A stretch of 64,000 nt of DNA from an uncultured Hyphomicrobiales bacterium (GCA_964473465.1 CAYYPE010000002.1:243826-307825), one strand, 5' to 3'. Positions 20,033-30,720 are shown, counted from the stretch's first letter. Made by a program: numbers and translations. Notes: generated from the sequence alone by a model not told the origin.

Positions 20033-21391
20033 ATGTTTATGAAAGCTTTACTAATAATTTCCTTTATCATAATTTATGGTTTTATTAGTTGCACTAATCA
20101 AAATCCCGAACAAACTGATAAAGGAAAAAAAACAGAAGCCACCCAAAAAACCGATCAAGAGCAAAAAACTGGTGGTGGGGACGAATCAAGTGGTGATAAA
20201 TCAAATGTGCAAGGTGTCGAACCAGAGATGTATTCTGATGTAACTCATTATAAACCCTACGAGTTGAAAGAAGATGGTCTCTATATCTACTATGACGGGC
20301 CTAAGTTATCAGATAGAGTTGATAAAATGTGCGAAAACGTTAAACTTAAAAATTACAAATACCAGCCGGTTCCTTCCCAAAAAAACAACATTAAAACAGA
20401 TGAACTGAAATATTGGCAGAACTGTCCTGTAGTCAGGGAATGCGAGTCCAATTATGGTAAGCCATCTTTGAAGGAACTTGGCTATGAGCGACATAGGGAA
20501 AGAGAAATAAAACCCGAAGATAATAGATTCGGTAAAGTGATTACAAAAACTGAAAAGTGGACTGAGACCGAAAAAAGAATCAGGCAGGAAATCTTCATTA
20601 ATTATATTGACGCTGATAGGTTTATGAAAATGAGCCGTCAGGAATTTCTTGAAAATGGCATTGTGATTATTGGAAAAAGAATTAGCAGGGTTGTTGTTAA
20701 AAAATCTCCTTCATTGCCTTTTGCTTATAATCCATACAGAATACCCGTAGGCTATACAGTCAAAACTTATAACTGTGATGGATTGGTTAAGACCGATGAC
20801 TATGGGCTTGTCCAGCTTGGTGACTTCAAGCGTATTGATTTAAAGGAAAATATCTTTGAATTTATTCAGGAAGATCCACTCCCCGGAAATTCAAGTTATT
20901 TGAGCGATTTGCAAATGAAAAGCCTTAGTGAATATATTCACCAGTTGATTCCCCGCCATCCTTACGATGGAACACTCCGTAAGAATTTTTACTATCCACC
21001 GGGTTATTATATCATAGAATATTATAACGGCGATCAGCTTAATGATTATCTTTGCATTCAGCTTTTGTCTTCTCCTTATCCATATTCGCCAACGCCGGTC
21101 AATACTCTAAGTTTCGATAAACCAACTTCCCCGGATTCTCCAATCAGTGAAAAGGGATGGGCTTTGATTTTAGGGAAGTTCAACACTCTTGGCGAGGCAA
21201 GTAATTTTATCAAAATGAAAGATCCATATCCTCTGGTGGTTCTTTCCTCCAAAGATGGTAAATATTATGCTGGCAGAATGTTCTATGATCGAAATGCTGC
21301 CGAACTCGAAAGAAAAAGAATTCTAAATACTGGTGTTTCCCGTCAGGCATGGATTCTTGATATTCAGGAAATCCAATTTAGTATTCCTTAA
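20033..21391 (+). CDS. hypothetical lipoprotein with C-terminal SPOR-like (peptidoglycan-binding) domain
   Basis: Signal peptide with lipobox (GFISCTNQ); C-terminal about 75 aa (GWALILGKFNTLGEASNFIK...YYAGRMFYDRNAAELERKRIL) fit the two-half SPOR pattern. Confidence 0.45.
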   Translation: MFMKALLIISFIIIYGFISCTNQNPEQTDKGKKTEATQKTDQEQKTGGGDESSGDKSNVQGVEPEMYSDVTHYKPYELKEDGLYIYYDGPKLSDRVDKMCENVKLKNYKYQPVPSQKNNIKTDELKYWQNCPVVRECESNYGKPSLKELGYERHREREIKPEDNRFGKVITKTEKWTETEKRIRQEIFINYIDADRFMKMSRQEFLENGIVIIGKRISRVVVKKSPSLPFAYNPYRIPVGYTVKTYNCDGLVKTDDYGLVQLGDFKRIDLKENIFEFIQEDPLPGNSSYLSDLQMKSLSEYIHQLIPRHPYDGTLRKNFYYPPGYYIIEYYNGDQLNDYLCIQLLSSPYPYSPTPVNTLSFDKPTSPDSPISEKGWALILGKFNTLGEASNFIKMKDPYPLVVLSSKDGKYYAGRMFYDRNAAELERKRILNTGVSRQAWILDIQEIQFSIP

Positions 21392-21413
21392 AATATAACA
21401 AATTTGTAATTTA

Positions 21414-21452
21414 AAGCGAAGGAAAAATTATTTTTCCTTCGCTTTTTTTTCT
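21414..21452 (+). terminator. rho-independent terminator after the 20033..21391 gene
   Basis: Perfect 14-bp stem AGCGAAGGAAAAA/TTTTTCCTTCGCT with TTA loop, followed by T8. Confidence 0.8.
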
Positions 21453-21490
21453 GAAGGTTAATTATATTTGTTGTTTTTAAAGGACTGATT

Positions 21491-22513
21491 ATGAAGAAAC
21501 TCTTTTTTATCGTTACATTATTTGTCCTAATTGTTTCTATCTCTTTTTCTCAGGATATGACAACCATATATTCAAATCTTGATATTATAAATAATAAAAT
21601 TTTCAATCTTAATCAGAAAGTCTCTAAATTGTCAAAATCCATAGAATCTGTGAGAACTTCCAATCAGAAAGCTATTGATCAACTTAAAAAAGATTTTGAA
21701 GAAATTCTGATGGATTTTAATGAAGTAAGGATTTTATCGCAGAGTATGGAATCTGTTTGTTCAAAAATGATTGAACTTCACGACACACTTCGAAGCGACA
21801 TAAATTCTCTTCGGAAAGAAAATGATGCTATTATTGCTGCCCAAAGAATTTTAAGGTCTCAAAATAAAGAACTTGAGCTACAGATAGAAAATCTAAATCA
21901 AAAGATTGCAAAAGTGCCTGCAATATTCTTTTGCGATGACTGTCCGCCAAAATTTTCAGTTGGAGCTTCTGCAAAATATTATCCATCTTTAAATTTAGCT
22001 GATATAAGAACTTATGCCTCTCCATCCATTGGTTTTTATTTCAAACCAAATCAAAAATATGGTTTTTGGATTGATTATACTTCACCTTTTATCATTTCAC
22101 TTTCTGATTATTCTCCTGAATACAATATTTCTGTTAGTGATCAATGGACAGCAAGTATTATTTCATCTGGCTTTTACTACAATTTGAACGATTTATTCCG
22201 AAAGCCGATTGTTTATACTATAGGTTTTGGTGTTTTTTACGGCGAAGCTGGTTATGACAAATATTTCACAAATGATATTGGCATTGATAGGGGGGAGATT
22301 ACTGGTTTTTCCGGCTATGGTGTTTTATTCTTGCTCGAAGCCTCATATAACGAGTTCATCAATAAATTTCCAATGGAATTCTATGTTAACTTTACCGGTA
22401 ATTTGTTTCAGAAGAAAATCAAACTAAATACCGGTATCGGTCAACCTCACGACTTAGGTTTGTTCCTTGTTTCAACATCTGTAGGAGTCCGCTTTAATTT
22501 TTGGGGGAAATAA
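21491..22513 (+). CDS. hypothetical secreted protein: N-terminal coiled coil, C-terminal beta-strand-rich (outer-membrane barrel-like) region
   Basis: Signal peptide; heptad-rich residues 30-150; C-terminus ends in an aromatic-rich strand (VRFNFWGK) typical of OM beta-barrels. Confidence 0.45.
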   Translation: MKKLFFIVTLFVLIVSISFSQDMTTIYSNLDIINNKIFNLNQKVSKLSKSIESVRTSNQKAIDQLKKDFEEILMDFNEVRILSQSMESVCSKMIELHDTLRSDINSLRKENDAIIAAQRILRSQNKELELQIENLNQKIAKVPAIFFCDDCPPKFSVGASAKYYPSLNLADIRTYASPSIGFYFKPNQKYGFWIDYTSPFIISLSDYSPEYNISVSDQWTASIISSGFYYNLNDLFRKPIVYTIGFGVFYGEAGYDKYFTNDIGIDRGEITGFSGYGVLFLLEASYNEFINKFPMEFYVNFTGNLFQKKIKLNTGIGQPHDLGLFLVSTSVGVRFNFWGK

Positions 22514-22572
22514 AAAAAGCCGGCTCTTTATAAGATAGAACCGGCTTCTAATCAATCAGACTTTAGAAGAAA

Positions 22573-25500
22573 TTATCTAATTATAACCATTGGTTTTGTT
22601 GCTGATTTGTCTCCAAGGGTTATAGTGTAATAATATATTCCTGAGCTTAGATTTAATTCCTCAGGATTAAATCTCATTTCGTTATAACCTGCTTTTGATA
22701 GTCCATCAAAGATAGTCTGAATTTCTTTTCCGGTCATATCCCTTAGAACTATCTTGGTTACTGTTTCCTCATTAGTATTAAAGAAAATTGTTGTAGTGCC
22801 GCTTGTTGGATTTGGTGTATTTCCAAATTCAAACGAAGACTGATCTTCTTCAATATATGATACTATGAAAGTGGTTATTGCAACTGTGCATTCTTTGGAC
22901 GCCAATGTTCCGCATTCGTTAGATGCAACGCACTTATAAACTCCTGCATCAACAAAGGCAGAATTTTGAATCAATAAAGTATTTTCAGTGAAATTGGGCA
23001 GAAGATTACCATTCTTGAACCATTGATAGGTGATAGGTGCTTCTCCAACAACTTCGAATACCAATTTTAATTCTTCGCCAACCTTAACGCTTAAATTGTC
23101 AGGCAACTGGGTAAGATTGAAAAGATTCTGCTTGATGTCAAGCGAAACATTGTCTGAATTAATTGTTATGTTATATGGGAGTAAAGTGATTTTAACGAAA
23201 TAATCATTACCCTCATCATCTATCGTAACATTTTTGATTATGAGAGTTCTTGATTTAGTTCCGCTATATTTTTCGCCATCTGTCAATGGGTTGGAGCCTC
23301 TGAACCATTGATAAGTGATATTTGTCCCACCAAAGGCTAAAGCGTCAACCGAGAAGCTGATATCTTTATATTCACAGCTGACAACATTTTGAGGATTATT
23401 TACTATTTTGATATCGGGTGTTTCCAATGTCATATATTTCATTGAGTCAACACCGCAAAGACCGGTAACCATAACCCAATAATCATTTCCATAATCAGAT
23501 GGTTGCAAATCTCTGATTGTCAGTATTGAAGAATTGGAGCCTGCAATTCTATCGTTATCTCTGATTTTGATATTGCCTCTCCACCATTGAATTTCGTAAT
23601 TCATATTGTCAATTAACTCAACATGAGCTTTAACTTCAAATTGTGCTACATCACCAAGAGGATAGTAAGCTGTTGTGGGTTTTGATACGATTTCTGTCTT
23701 TGAATGAACATAAATCAACGCTTCATTCGAAATAATATCTCTAATTCCTTTACAGTCTTGCACGTTGAGAACACAACGATAAACACCAGATGAGTTAAAA
23801 TTCAGATTGTTCAGATAAAGAATTGGTGATTTTGCAGATGGGAATTGATCAACTGTAAGATTTACACCATCTTTTTGCCATTGGTAACTGAAAGTCTCAG
23901 CATCAGTATAAGCAACTAAAACTACATTCTCATTTTCACAAACCTGCTGACTTTCTGGCTGGAACGTAAAGCTTGCCTCGGGGAATATTTTGACTGTAAA
24001 AGTTTCTGATATTGCCTGTGATGGAGTGCAATACGGACTTCCAAATATGATACATCTGTAATCACCTGATTCACTTGGATCTGCAGCAGGGAAAACTAAA
24101 TTTCTATTGGTTGCTGTTGGATATTTATTTAAGGGTAAGTCTTTCCAGCTTCCTGCTTCAAGGCGTTGCCACATATAACCGAGAACAGTCCCATTGCTAA
24201 CGACAGAAATGTCGAACCTGTCCCCAACGCAAATGCTTGAGATATTGGTTGATGTATAGTTTTGAACCGTTGTTATTGGGTCAGAAACATTTACATAAGC
24301 TATATTTGTATAAATAGCAGCTGGTCCGCAATTACCGGGACCGATGATCTTTAATCTGTAAGCTCCAGCGGCTTCTACAGCATTTGCTAATGTCAATTGT
24401 AATTCAGGAGAATTCTGTCCAATAATGTCATCGAAAACTCCCGGAGCATTCTTTCTTTCTTTCTGCCATTGATAACCCAGAATTGTTCCTGCACCCCCAC
24501 CGTTTAAAGTTAATGATGGGTCATTTGAACAAACTTCGGCACTATTCGGGTGTAATGATACAGATAGTGCTGTTTCAACCTTTATATGCTTTACATCGGA
24601 TTGTACCTGCGAGCCATCAAATGTAGCTATAACATAATAATCAGCCGAATCTGACTGAGTAATAGGAATAAAGGAAAGGGATGTTCTGGTGTCAAATCTT
24701 GTGTTGTTCTTATACCATTCAAAAGCAAATATCGGGTTTACAGTTCGATTAATTCCATCAACAAATCCCTTAACTTCTGGCTCAAAATTAATAACAACAT
24801 TAGAAGTATTTGCACAATATACTGGTAAATCGGGGGTTGCGGTTATATTTGTTTTGATGCCCAGAATTGAATTAACTTCATCAGCACCAACATAACAATC
24901 TGATGTTCTTCTGTTTTCATTATCAATATCATTAGCTATTCCAAGTGATGGAGCATAAAAGTCTGAATGTCCAACTGCATCTCCGTCAAGATGGAGGTCA
25001 TTGTTAGCAATAAAAGTAACTGTTCTTACTTTTGTATTTGTATTCCTTCCATAAATTGATCTAAGAGTTGCCAGATCAGTAATGTTTGTCGGTGTGGTTT
25101 GATAAGCTGCAAGTATTCCATAGCTTCCATAAGCATAATGAACATTATAATCCATATTATTAAACTGACCTGACGGACTTGCTGCATATACGTAGATCGT
25201 AAATGATTTAGTCCCGGCAACATTTGATGATAATCCATTTGCGAGGATATTGTTCCTTAAATCAATATTTGTTACTGAGGTTGTTGTAACAAGGATACAA
25301 GCTGATAACGATGCAGAAGTACCAACATTATCCTGTGTGCCATATAAATGAATTGTATTATGATATATCGAGTAATTCGAGCCACCTGTTAACCTTATAC
25401 CAAATGGATTATAAGTTGTGGATGTAGCTGAATAATTCATTGTTGTTAAGTCCCAGATGAAATTATTATAAATTTTCATATAATTTCCTCCGAGAGTATT

Positions 25501-28500
25501 GATTCCCCATGCACCCCAACCGCCAGAGTTTGGATTCTTTATGCTATAAATTTTGTTATTGTATATTTCACAGTAATTGTTTGTTGATCCCATCTCAATT
25601 CCGGCAATGTTTGTTGATGGGGATACCCGTAAATTGAAAATAGTGTTATTTCTGATATGAGCATAATTTACATATTGTAGATAAATTCCCCTTAGATTTA
25701 TATAATCAGAGGATGTATTGGAACCAATTGTGTTGTTCGAGATAATAAGGTTATCGTTTGTAGTTGCAGTTCCAGCTACATAGATACCATAGTATGCTTT
25801 TGTTATAACATTATTATCAATATGCAAATTATCATTATCGTTCCCGCTTCCTGTTGTGCTTATTGTTTTATCAGCAACATAAATTCCAAACGAAGTGGAT
25901 GTATTCAAACCTGTTGAAATGTTGCAATTTTTAATTGTATTATTATTAGCTCCTCCTGTAAAGCTTGCAATATGTATAGTTGCAATATTTGATGAGGTTG
26001 CAGTGTTAACAAAGGTCAGATATCTTCCTGCATTGTTGTAACTTCCGTCTATTGTTACTCTGTCAGCTCCTTCAAGTCTTATAAGTGAAGTACTCGAAGA
26101 ACCAGAAATTGTATAATTAACTGCAGCTCCTGGTTTTATTGTAATAGAATAGGGATTTCCACCTTCCGAGGCTAATTCCTTTAATCCAACAGCACCTGTT
26201 TCATCTGTAATATTTGAGGTGATTAATATTGTTACATCGCCAGTAAGAACGGCTCCATTCATATAATTAAATAATCCATCTGTTTTAGTCAGTGATTTAT
26301 AAGTCTCGGACGAGCCAACTCTAACTGTTCCCGAAATTGATGGAGATATTCTGTAAGAGTTTATTGTTCCGGTTATTGGAAATGCCGAGGCAGTTAAATC
26401 AACATTGGAAGGTTTTGAAGTGAACTTGCCACTATTTATTCCCACATTTGGTGGTGAAACCAGATCTTGAGCTACAACGAAATACTGTATGACATCATTT
26501 GCCTGAACAGTTCCGCCCTGCAGTTTTGAATAATCAATCGTAAAGGAGAACTGATCGCCTGAGTTAGTTCCAACGACATATTTCCACCCATTGTTAGCTG
26601 ATGTATTTCCAGCATAGGTATTTGCATCAGTTGACTTTTTGTAGTAAAGACGTGGAGCGTATGTGGTTGTGTTAACGCCTGAATTGTCAGTGATTCGGGC
26701 AAAATTATTCAGCACTCTGTTTGACGTTGAAGTCGTATTTGCAAGCAAAGTGTATTCTATTTGTGGCGGGGCAAACTCTCCTGCATTTTCGTAAGCCCCA
26801 ACAGTTGGTGCTATAGTAGAGCGTGTATCGTTTAGAAAATCTCTTGGAACCTGTGCAATTGGTGTCCCTGCCGCGACCAGCGGAGAACCCAGTAATGGAA
26901 TTAAAAAGTCATCAGCATTGTAGTTCGGATTTGATGAAAACGAATTTGCATCCTGAGATGTTGCACTACGCCAATCAGTTATTGTTGTTCTATTGCTGGT
27001 TAAATAACCCAAAATTCCATAAGTTCCAGAGGCATAATAATCGTTATAATTAAATGTTGAATTTGTAAGGTTTCCAGTGCCATATAAATATATAGCATAA
27101 GATTGAGAGCCTGTTAATCCAACCAGACTATTTGTAAAAACGTTGTTCCTAACATCAAATGTGTTCGAAGAAGAACCAGAAATACAAAATGCCGCCGATA
27201 GTGTTCCAGATGTATTAGATCCTACCTGCTGACCATAGAGATTAACGCTATTATGCCAGATTTTATGTCCACGACCGCTTGCAATTAAAATTCCAAAAGG
27301 ATTATAGGCAAGAGAGGAAGCAGAATAGTTCGTGGTAGTCATCTTATAGATTACATTATTTTTTAAGGTATCGTAATTTCCGGCAGTTGATGTGGAGCCA
27401 GCCATATAAATACCCACAGCAGCATAACCACTTGTTGAAGTCGATTTTAGTGAATTTATCAGGTTCCTTTCATATAAAGTATATGCAGAATAGCTGTAAA
27501 TTCCATACATTGTGTAAAGAGCTGCTATATTTTGTATTGTATTAAGATATACTTTTGAAGTATCAGAATAATACACATACATTCCATAACAAGTTCCATT
27601 TATAGTTAAATTTTGGAATGTGTTGTTATATATATGAGACTTGTGCGAATAATAACTATACAATGGATATCCAGTTCCGGCAACTGTCAAATTATCAAAT
27701 GTATTGTCATAAACTTGAGCGTATGAACTGTAATACAGATAAAGCCCATAGAAAGTGCTTGCTGTCGTAATATTTGTTCCCGAATTACCATATATCTTTG
27801 CATTTGTTGAATAGTAATTATATAGAAAATATAGAACAGAAGTAGATGAATGATTATTCAGGTAATTATTCGAAATCGTGTGTCCATCTGCATAATAAAT
27901 ATACATAAAGTAATACATAATGCCACCTGTGGCAGTGTTGTAGCTGATTTCGAAATTTTTATTCTTACCTGTAATTGCACTGCTCGTTCCTCTTACCATA
28001 AATGCATAATATACATTTGTAAAGTAATTATAAATAAAACGATTATTATCCATACCTACACCGCCAGTTGTCAAACCAACACTGGATCCGCAAACAATAC
28101 CATAAGAAGAGGATACGTTCGAGCCGGTAATGTTGCAATTTCTGATTGTATTATTCTTTGCACCGTTGGCTACCGTTGATGTTGTGTTGCTGTCCAGCCA
28201 GATTGCACAAGAAGTTGATGTATATGTATTTTGAATAGTTAATCCATTAGTTGAACCGCTTTGGTTAACCCTTCCATCTATGGTTACATTATCTGCACCT
28301 CTTAGTTCAATAAGACCATTTGCAACGCTACCCGAAATTGAATACGTTCCCGTTGGATATATTGTTACAGAATTATAATTTGCCGAGCCAACTCCTGATG
28401 CCTGAAGAACAGCAGCAGATGTTTCTGTCAGATTACTTCGTATTGTGATTACGATGTCGCCAGTGTGAGTTCCGGCATTTATGGCATCAAAAGCAGCTTT

Positions 28501-28647
28501 CAACGTCGAATAATCTGTTGAACCTATTCGTGCCTGTGAGAAAAGATTACTTTGTGACATGGCTAAAAGCAATGACACAAATAATAAAAACCTGATTGTT
28601 TTTCCAAAATTTCTTATCGCTTGATAAAAAGTAGAACTAATGAACAT
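22573..28647 (-). CDS. giant (2024 aa) T9SS-secreted surface protein: two tandem right-handed beta-helix modules, six or more Ig-like repeats, C-terminal T9SS sorting domain
   Basis: Signal peptide; beta-helix rungs (NNTIRNCNITGSN / NNTIKNCNISTGL); internal duplication (aa about 40-640 vs 800-1260); YQWQK/YMWQR/YQWFK Ig-like repeats; C-terminal about 75 aa (KIVLRDMTGKEIQTIFDG...GIYYYTITLGDKSATKPMVIIR) match the T9SS CTD. Confidence 0.85.
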   Translation of the reverse strand: MFISSTFYQAIRNFGKTIRFLLFVSLLLAMSQSNLFSQARIGSTDYSTLKAAFDAINAGTHTGDIVITIRSNLTETSAAVLQASGVGSANYNSVTIYPTGTYSISGSVANGLIELRGADNVTIDGRVNQSGSTNGLTIQNTYTSTSCAIWLDSNTTSTVANGAKNNTIRNCNITGSNVSSSYGIVCGSSVGLTTGGVGMDNNRFIYNYFTNVYYAFMVRGTSSAITGKNKNFEISYNTATGGIMYYFMYIYYADGHTISNNYLNNHSSTSVLYFLYNYYSTNAKIYGNSGTNITTASTFYGLYLYYSSYAQVYDNTFDNLTVAGTGYPLYSYYSHKSHIYNNTFQNLTINGTCYGMYVYYSDTSKVYLNTIQNIAALYTMYGIYSYSAYTLYERNLINSLKSTSTSGYAAVGIYMAGSTSTAGNYDTLKNNVIYKMTTTNYSASSLAYNPFGILIASGRGHKIWHNSVNLYGQQVGSNTSGTLSAAFCISGSSSNTFDVRNNVFTNSLVGLTGSQSYAIYLYGTGNLTNSTFNYNDYYASGTYGILGYLTSNRTTITDWRSATSQDANSFSSNPNYNADDFLIPLLGSPLVAAGTPIAQVPRDFLNDTRSTIAPTVGAYENAGEFAPPQIEYTLLANTTSTSNRVLNNFARITDNSGVNTTTYAPRLYYKKSTDANTYAGNTSANNGWKYVVGTNSGDQFSFTIDYSKLQGGTVQANDVIQYFVVAQDLVSPPNVGINSGKFTSKPSNVDLTASAFPITGTINSYRISPSISGTVRVGSSETYKSLTKTDGLFNYMNGAVLTGDVTILITSNITDETGAVGLKELASEGGNPYSITIKPGAAVNYTISGSSSTSLIRLEGADRVTIDGSYNNAGRYLTFVNTATSSNIATIHIASFTGGANNNTIKNCNISTGLNTSTSFGIYVADKTISTTGSGNDNDNLHIDNNVITKAYYGIYVAGTATTNDNLIISNNTIGSNTSSDYINLRGIYLQYVNYAHIRNNTIFNLRVSPSTNIAGIEMGSTNNYCEIYNNKIYSIKNPNSGGWGAWGINTLGGNYMKIYNNFIWDLTTMNYSATSTTYNPFGIRLTGGSNYSIYHNTIHLYGTQDNVGTSASLSACILVTTTSVTNIDLRNNILANGLSSNVAGTKSFTIYVYAASPSGQFNNMDYNVHYAYGSYGILAAYQTTPTNITDLATLRSIYGRNTNTKVRTVTFIANNDLHLDGDAVGHSDFYAPSLGIANDIDNENRRTSDCYVGADEVNSILGIKTNITATPDLPVYCANTSNVVINFEPEVKGFVDGINRTVNPIFAFEWYKNNTRFDTRTSLSFIPITQSDSADYYVIATFDGSQVQSDVKHIKVETALSVSLHPNSAEVCSNDPSLTLNGGGAGTILGYQWQKERKNAPGVFDDIIGQNSPELQLTLANAVEAAGAYRLKIIGPGNCGPAAIYTNIAYVNVSDPITTVQNYTSTNISSICVGDRFDISVVSNGTVLGYMWQRLEAGSWKDLPLNKYPTATNRNLVFPAADPSESGDYRCIIFGSPYCTPSQAISETFTVKIFPEASFTFQPESQQVCENENVVLVAYTDAETFSYQWQKDGVNLTVDQFPSAKSPILYLNNLNFNSSGVYRCVLNVQDCKGIRDIISNEALIYVHSKTEIVSKPTTAYYPLGDVAQFEVKAHVELIDNMNYEIQWWRGNIKIRDNDRIAGSNSSILTIRDLQPSDYGNDYWVMVTGLCGVDSMKYMTLETPDIKIVNNPQNVVSCEYKDISFSVDALAFGGTNITYQWFRGSNPLTDGEKYSGTKSRTLIIKNVTIDDEGNDYFVKITLLPYNITINSDNVSLDIKQNLFNLTQLPDNLSVKVGEELKLVFEVVGEAPITYQWFKNGNLLPNFTENTLLIQNSAFVDAGVYKCVASNECGTLASKECTVAITTFIVSYIEEDQSSFEFGNTPNPTSGTTTIFFNTNEETVTKIVLRDMTGKEIQTIFDGLSKAGYNEMRFNPEELNLSSGIYYYTITLGDKSATKPMVIIR

Positions 28648-28737
28648 ATTTAAACCCTTTTAAATAATTAACTTATTATATTAATTTAATTTTAAACTTT
28701 TAATTTAATAATTTTTTTATCTATTTCAAAAATTATT

Positions 28738-29901
28738 TCAAAAGTTAACATTTTTTGCAATTTCACGAGCAATAACCAAGTGCTGGATCTCTGATGTTCC
28801 TTCGTATATTTCAGTTACTTTGGCATCCCGCATCATTCGCTCTACGTGATATTCCCTGACATATCCATAACCCCCATGAATCTGAACTGCTTCCCGGGTA
28901 ACATCATTAGCTACAGTTGAGGCAAATAATTTTGCCTGCGAAGCAGCCATAATATTTGTATTTCCCTGATCTTTGAGCCATGCTGCCTTGTAAACAAGCA
29001 ATCTTGCCGCTTCTATATTCATTGCCATTTGTGCCAGTTTTGCCTGAATCAATTGATGTTCGATTAAAAACTTTCCGAATGATTTGCGTTGTTTAGAATA
29101 TCGAACCGATGCCTCGTAAGCCCCCTGTGCTATTCCGAGAGCCTGGGCGGCTATTCCGATTCTTCCACCATTCAATCCCGACATTGCAATATAAAAGCCT
29201 TGCCCGACTTCACCTATTCTGTTTTCATCGGGTATTTTTACATTTGTCATTGCTATAGCACAGGTATCACTCGAACGCATACCCATTTTATCTTCTTTTT
29301 TTGCTGGCTCAAATCCTTCTGTGCCTCTCTCGACAACAAAGCAGGTTATCCCTTTATGTCTGAGTTCTTCGTTTGTTTGTGCAAAAATTATATATAATCC
29401 TGCATTCTGAGCTGTGGAAATCCAGCTTTTCATTCCATTAAGAATCCAATAACCATCTTTGAATACTGCTTTAGTTTTCTGATGTGAAGCGTCAGAACCG
29501 GCCTCTGCTTCGCTGAGGCAATAAGCACCTATGATTTTTCCTTCGGCTAAATTCCTTAGATATTTTTCTTTCTGGGCTTGAGTGCCGTAAGTTTCTATTA
29601 TCCAGTTTATCAATGAATTGTGGACAGAAAAAATTATCCCCACGCTCGCATCAACTTTGCATATTTCCTCTTGTGCAACAACGTAGCTTAACGTGTCAAG
29701 ACCGCTGCCACCCCACTCGGGCGAAACCATCATTCCCATAAAACCAAGATCAGCCATCTTTTGGATAATTTCTGCAGGGTATGTTCCGTTAATATCCCTT
29801 TCTATAACCGACGGAGCAATTTCTTCCTGTGCAAATTTTCGGGCTGTGTCCTGAATCTGTTTTTGGATCTCGTTCAATTCAAAAGAAATCATATTGTTCA
29901 C
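28738..29901 (-). CDS. acyl-CoA dehydrogenase (short/butyryl-chain type)
   Basis: 387 aa; ACAD N-terminal, middle and C-terminal blocks (GAYCLSEAEAGSDA, WISTAQNAGLYIIFAQT, catalytic E in YEGTSEIQ). Confidence 0.92.
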   Translation of the reverse strand: MNNMISFELNEIQKQIQDTARKFAQEEIAPSVIERDINGTYPAEIIQKMADLGFMGMMVSPEWGGSGLDTLSYVVAQEEICKVDASVGIIFSVHNSLINWIIETYGTQAQKEKYLRNLAEGKIIGAYCLSEAEAGSDASHQKTKAVFKDGYWILNGMKSWISTAQNAGLYIIFAQTNEELRHKGITCFVVERGTEGFEPAKKEDKMGMRSSDTCAIAMTNVKIPDENRIGEVGQGFYIAMSGLNGGRIGIAAQALGIAQGAYEASVRYSKQRKSFGKFLIEHQLIQAKLAQMAMNIEAARLLVYKAAWLKDQGNTNIMAASQAKLFASTVANDVTREAVQIHGGYGYVREYHVERMMRDAKVTEIYEGTSEIQHLVIAREIAKNVNF

Positions 29902-29979
29902 TTATTTTTAAACTTTAAATTTTCTTATTTCGTTTTCTACAAAATAATAAATTTTTATAAATAAATAGAAGATTATACG

Positions 29980-30720
29980 ATGATTAGGTTGATTACGTTA
30001 TGCTTGCTTTCATCTATGTTCTTATTTGGAAATTTATTCAGCCAGCCAAAACTCGAAATGGAAGGTGGTAAAGTTTATGACTGGGGCGATGTAAAGCTAA
30101 AAGACTCACCCTTGAAAGCAAAGATCAAAATCTTTAATAAAGGGAACGAAACTCTAAAAATTTTCAAGGTTAAACCTGCCTGTGGTTGCACTACTGCTCC
30201 GCTTGATAAAGAAGAAATTGAACCCGGCGATTTCGCAACTCTCGATGTTACTCTTAATCTTGGCAATCATTCGGGACTTTTCATCCGATACATTAACATA
30301 ACTTCCAGCGACCCCGAAAATTCTCCTTTGAACTATCAGTTGAAATGCAATATCATTGTGCCTATTAAATACTTTCCGAGCCAGTATATTTCTTTTGGTA
30401 TGATGGAACTGAACAAAGAAGCCATAGCCAAAGTTGTTTTGACAAATTCAACCGATACAACAATTACAATCAAAGATGTGGCTTTCTCCCCAGATTCAAT
30501 GATTATCAGCCTGAAAAAGGATACTCCAATTCCACCTAAAGGCAGCATTGATATTGAGGCAAAATTTACTCCTAAAAACTATGAACCTGTGATTGGTTGG
30601 ATAAGATTCCGAACTGATCACCCGGATGTTACCTCTGCTGAAATTACCATAAGAGGAATTGTCAAAGACGGAAATTCAAATGCTCCGCCTCCTCTTCCTC
30701 ATCAGTCAGATAAAAAATAA
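29980..30720 (+). CDS. DUF1573-family secreted protein (two Ig-like modules)
   Basis: Signal peptide; characteristic PACGCTTAP cysteine motif of DUF1573; FCB-group-specific family. Confidence 0.6.
   Translation: MIRLITLCLLSSMFLFGNLFSQPKLEMEGGKVYDWGDVKLKDSPLKAKIKIFNKGNETLKIFKVKPACGCTTAPLDKEEIEPGDFATLDVTLNLGNHSGLFIRYINITSSDPENSPLNYQLKCNIIVPIKYFPSQYISFGMMELNKEAIAKVVLTNSTDTTITIKDVAFSPDSMIISLKKDTPIPPKGSIDIEAKFTPKNYEPVIGWIRFRTDHPDVTSAEITIRGIVKDGNSNAPPPLPHQSDKK

Noticed and set aside
22514-22552. Hairpin AAGCCGG...CCGGCTT between the convergent 21491 gene and the giant T9SS gene as a strong terminator
   Set aside because: Only a 7-bp stem with a 17-nt loop and no good T-run; at best a weak bidirectional terminator, not listed as a feature.
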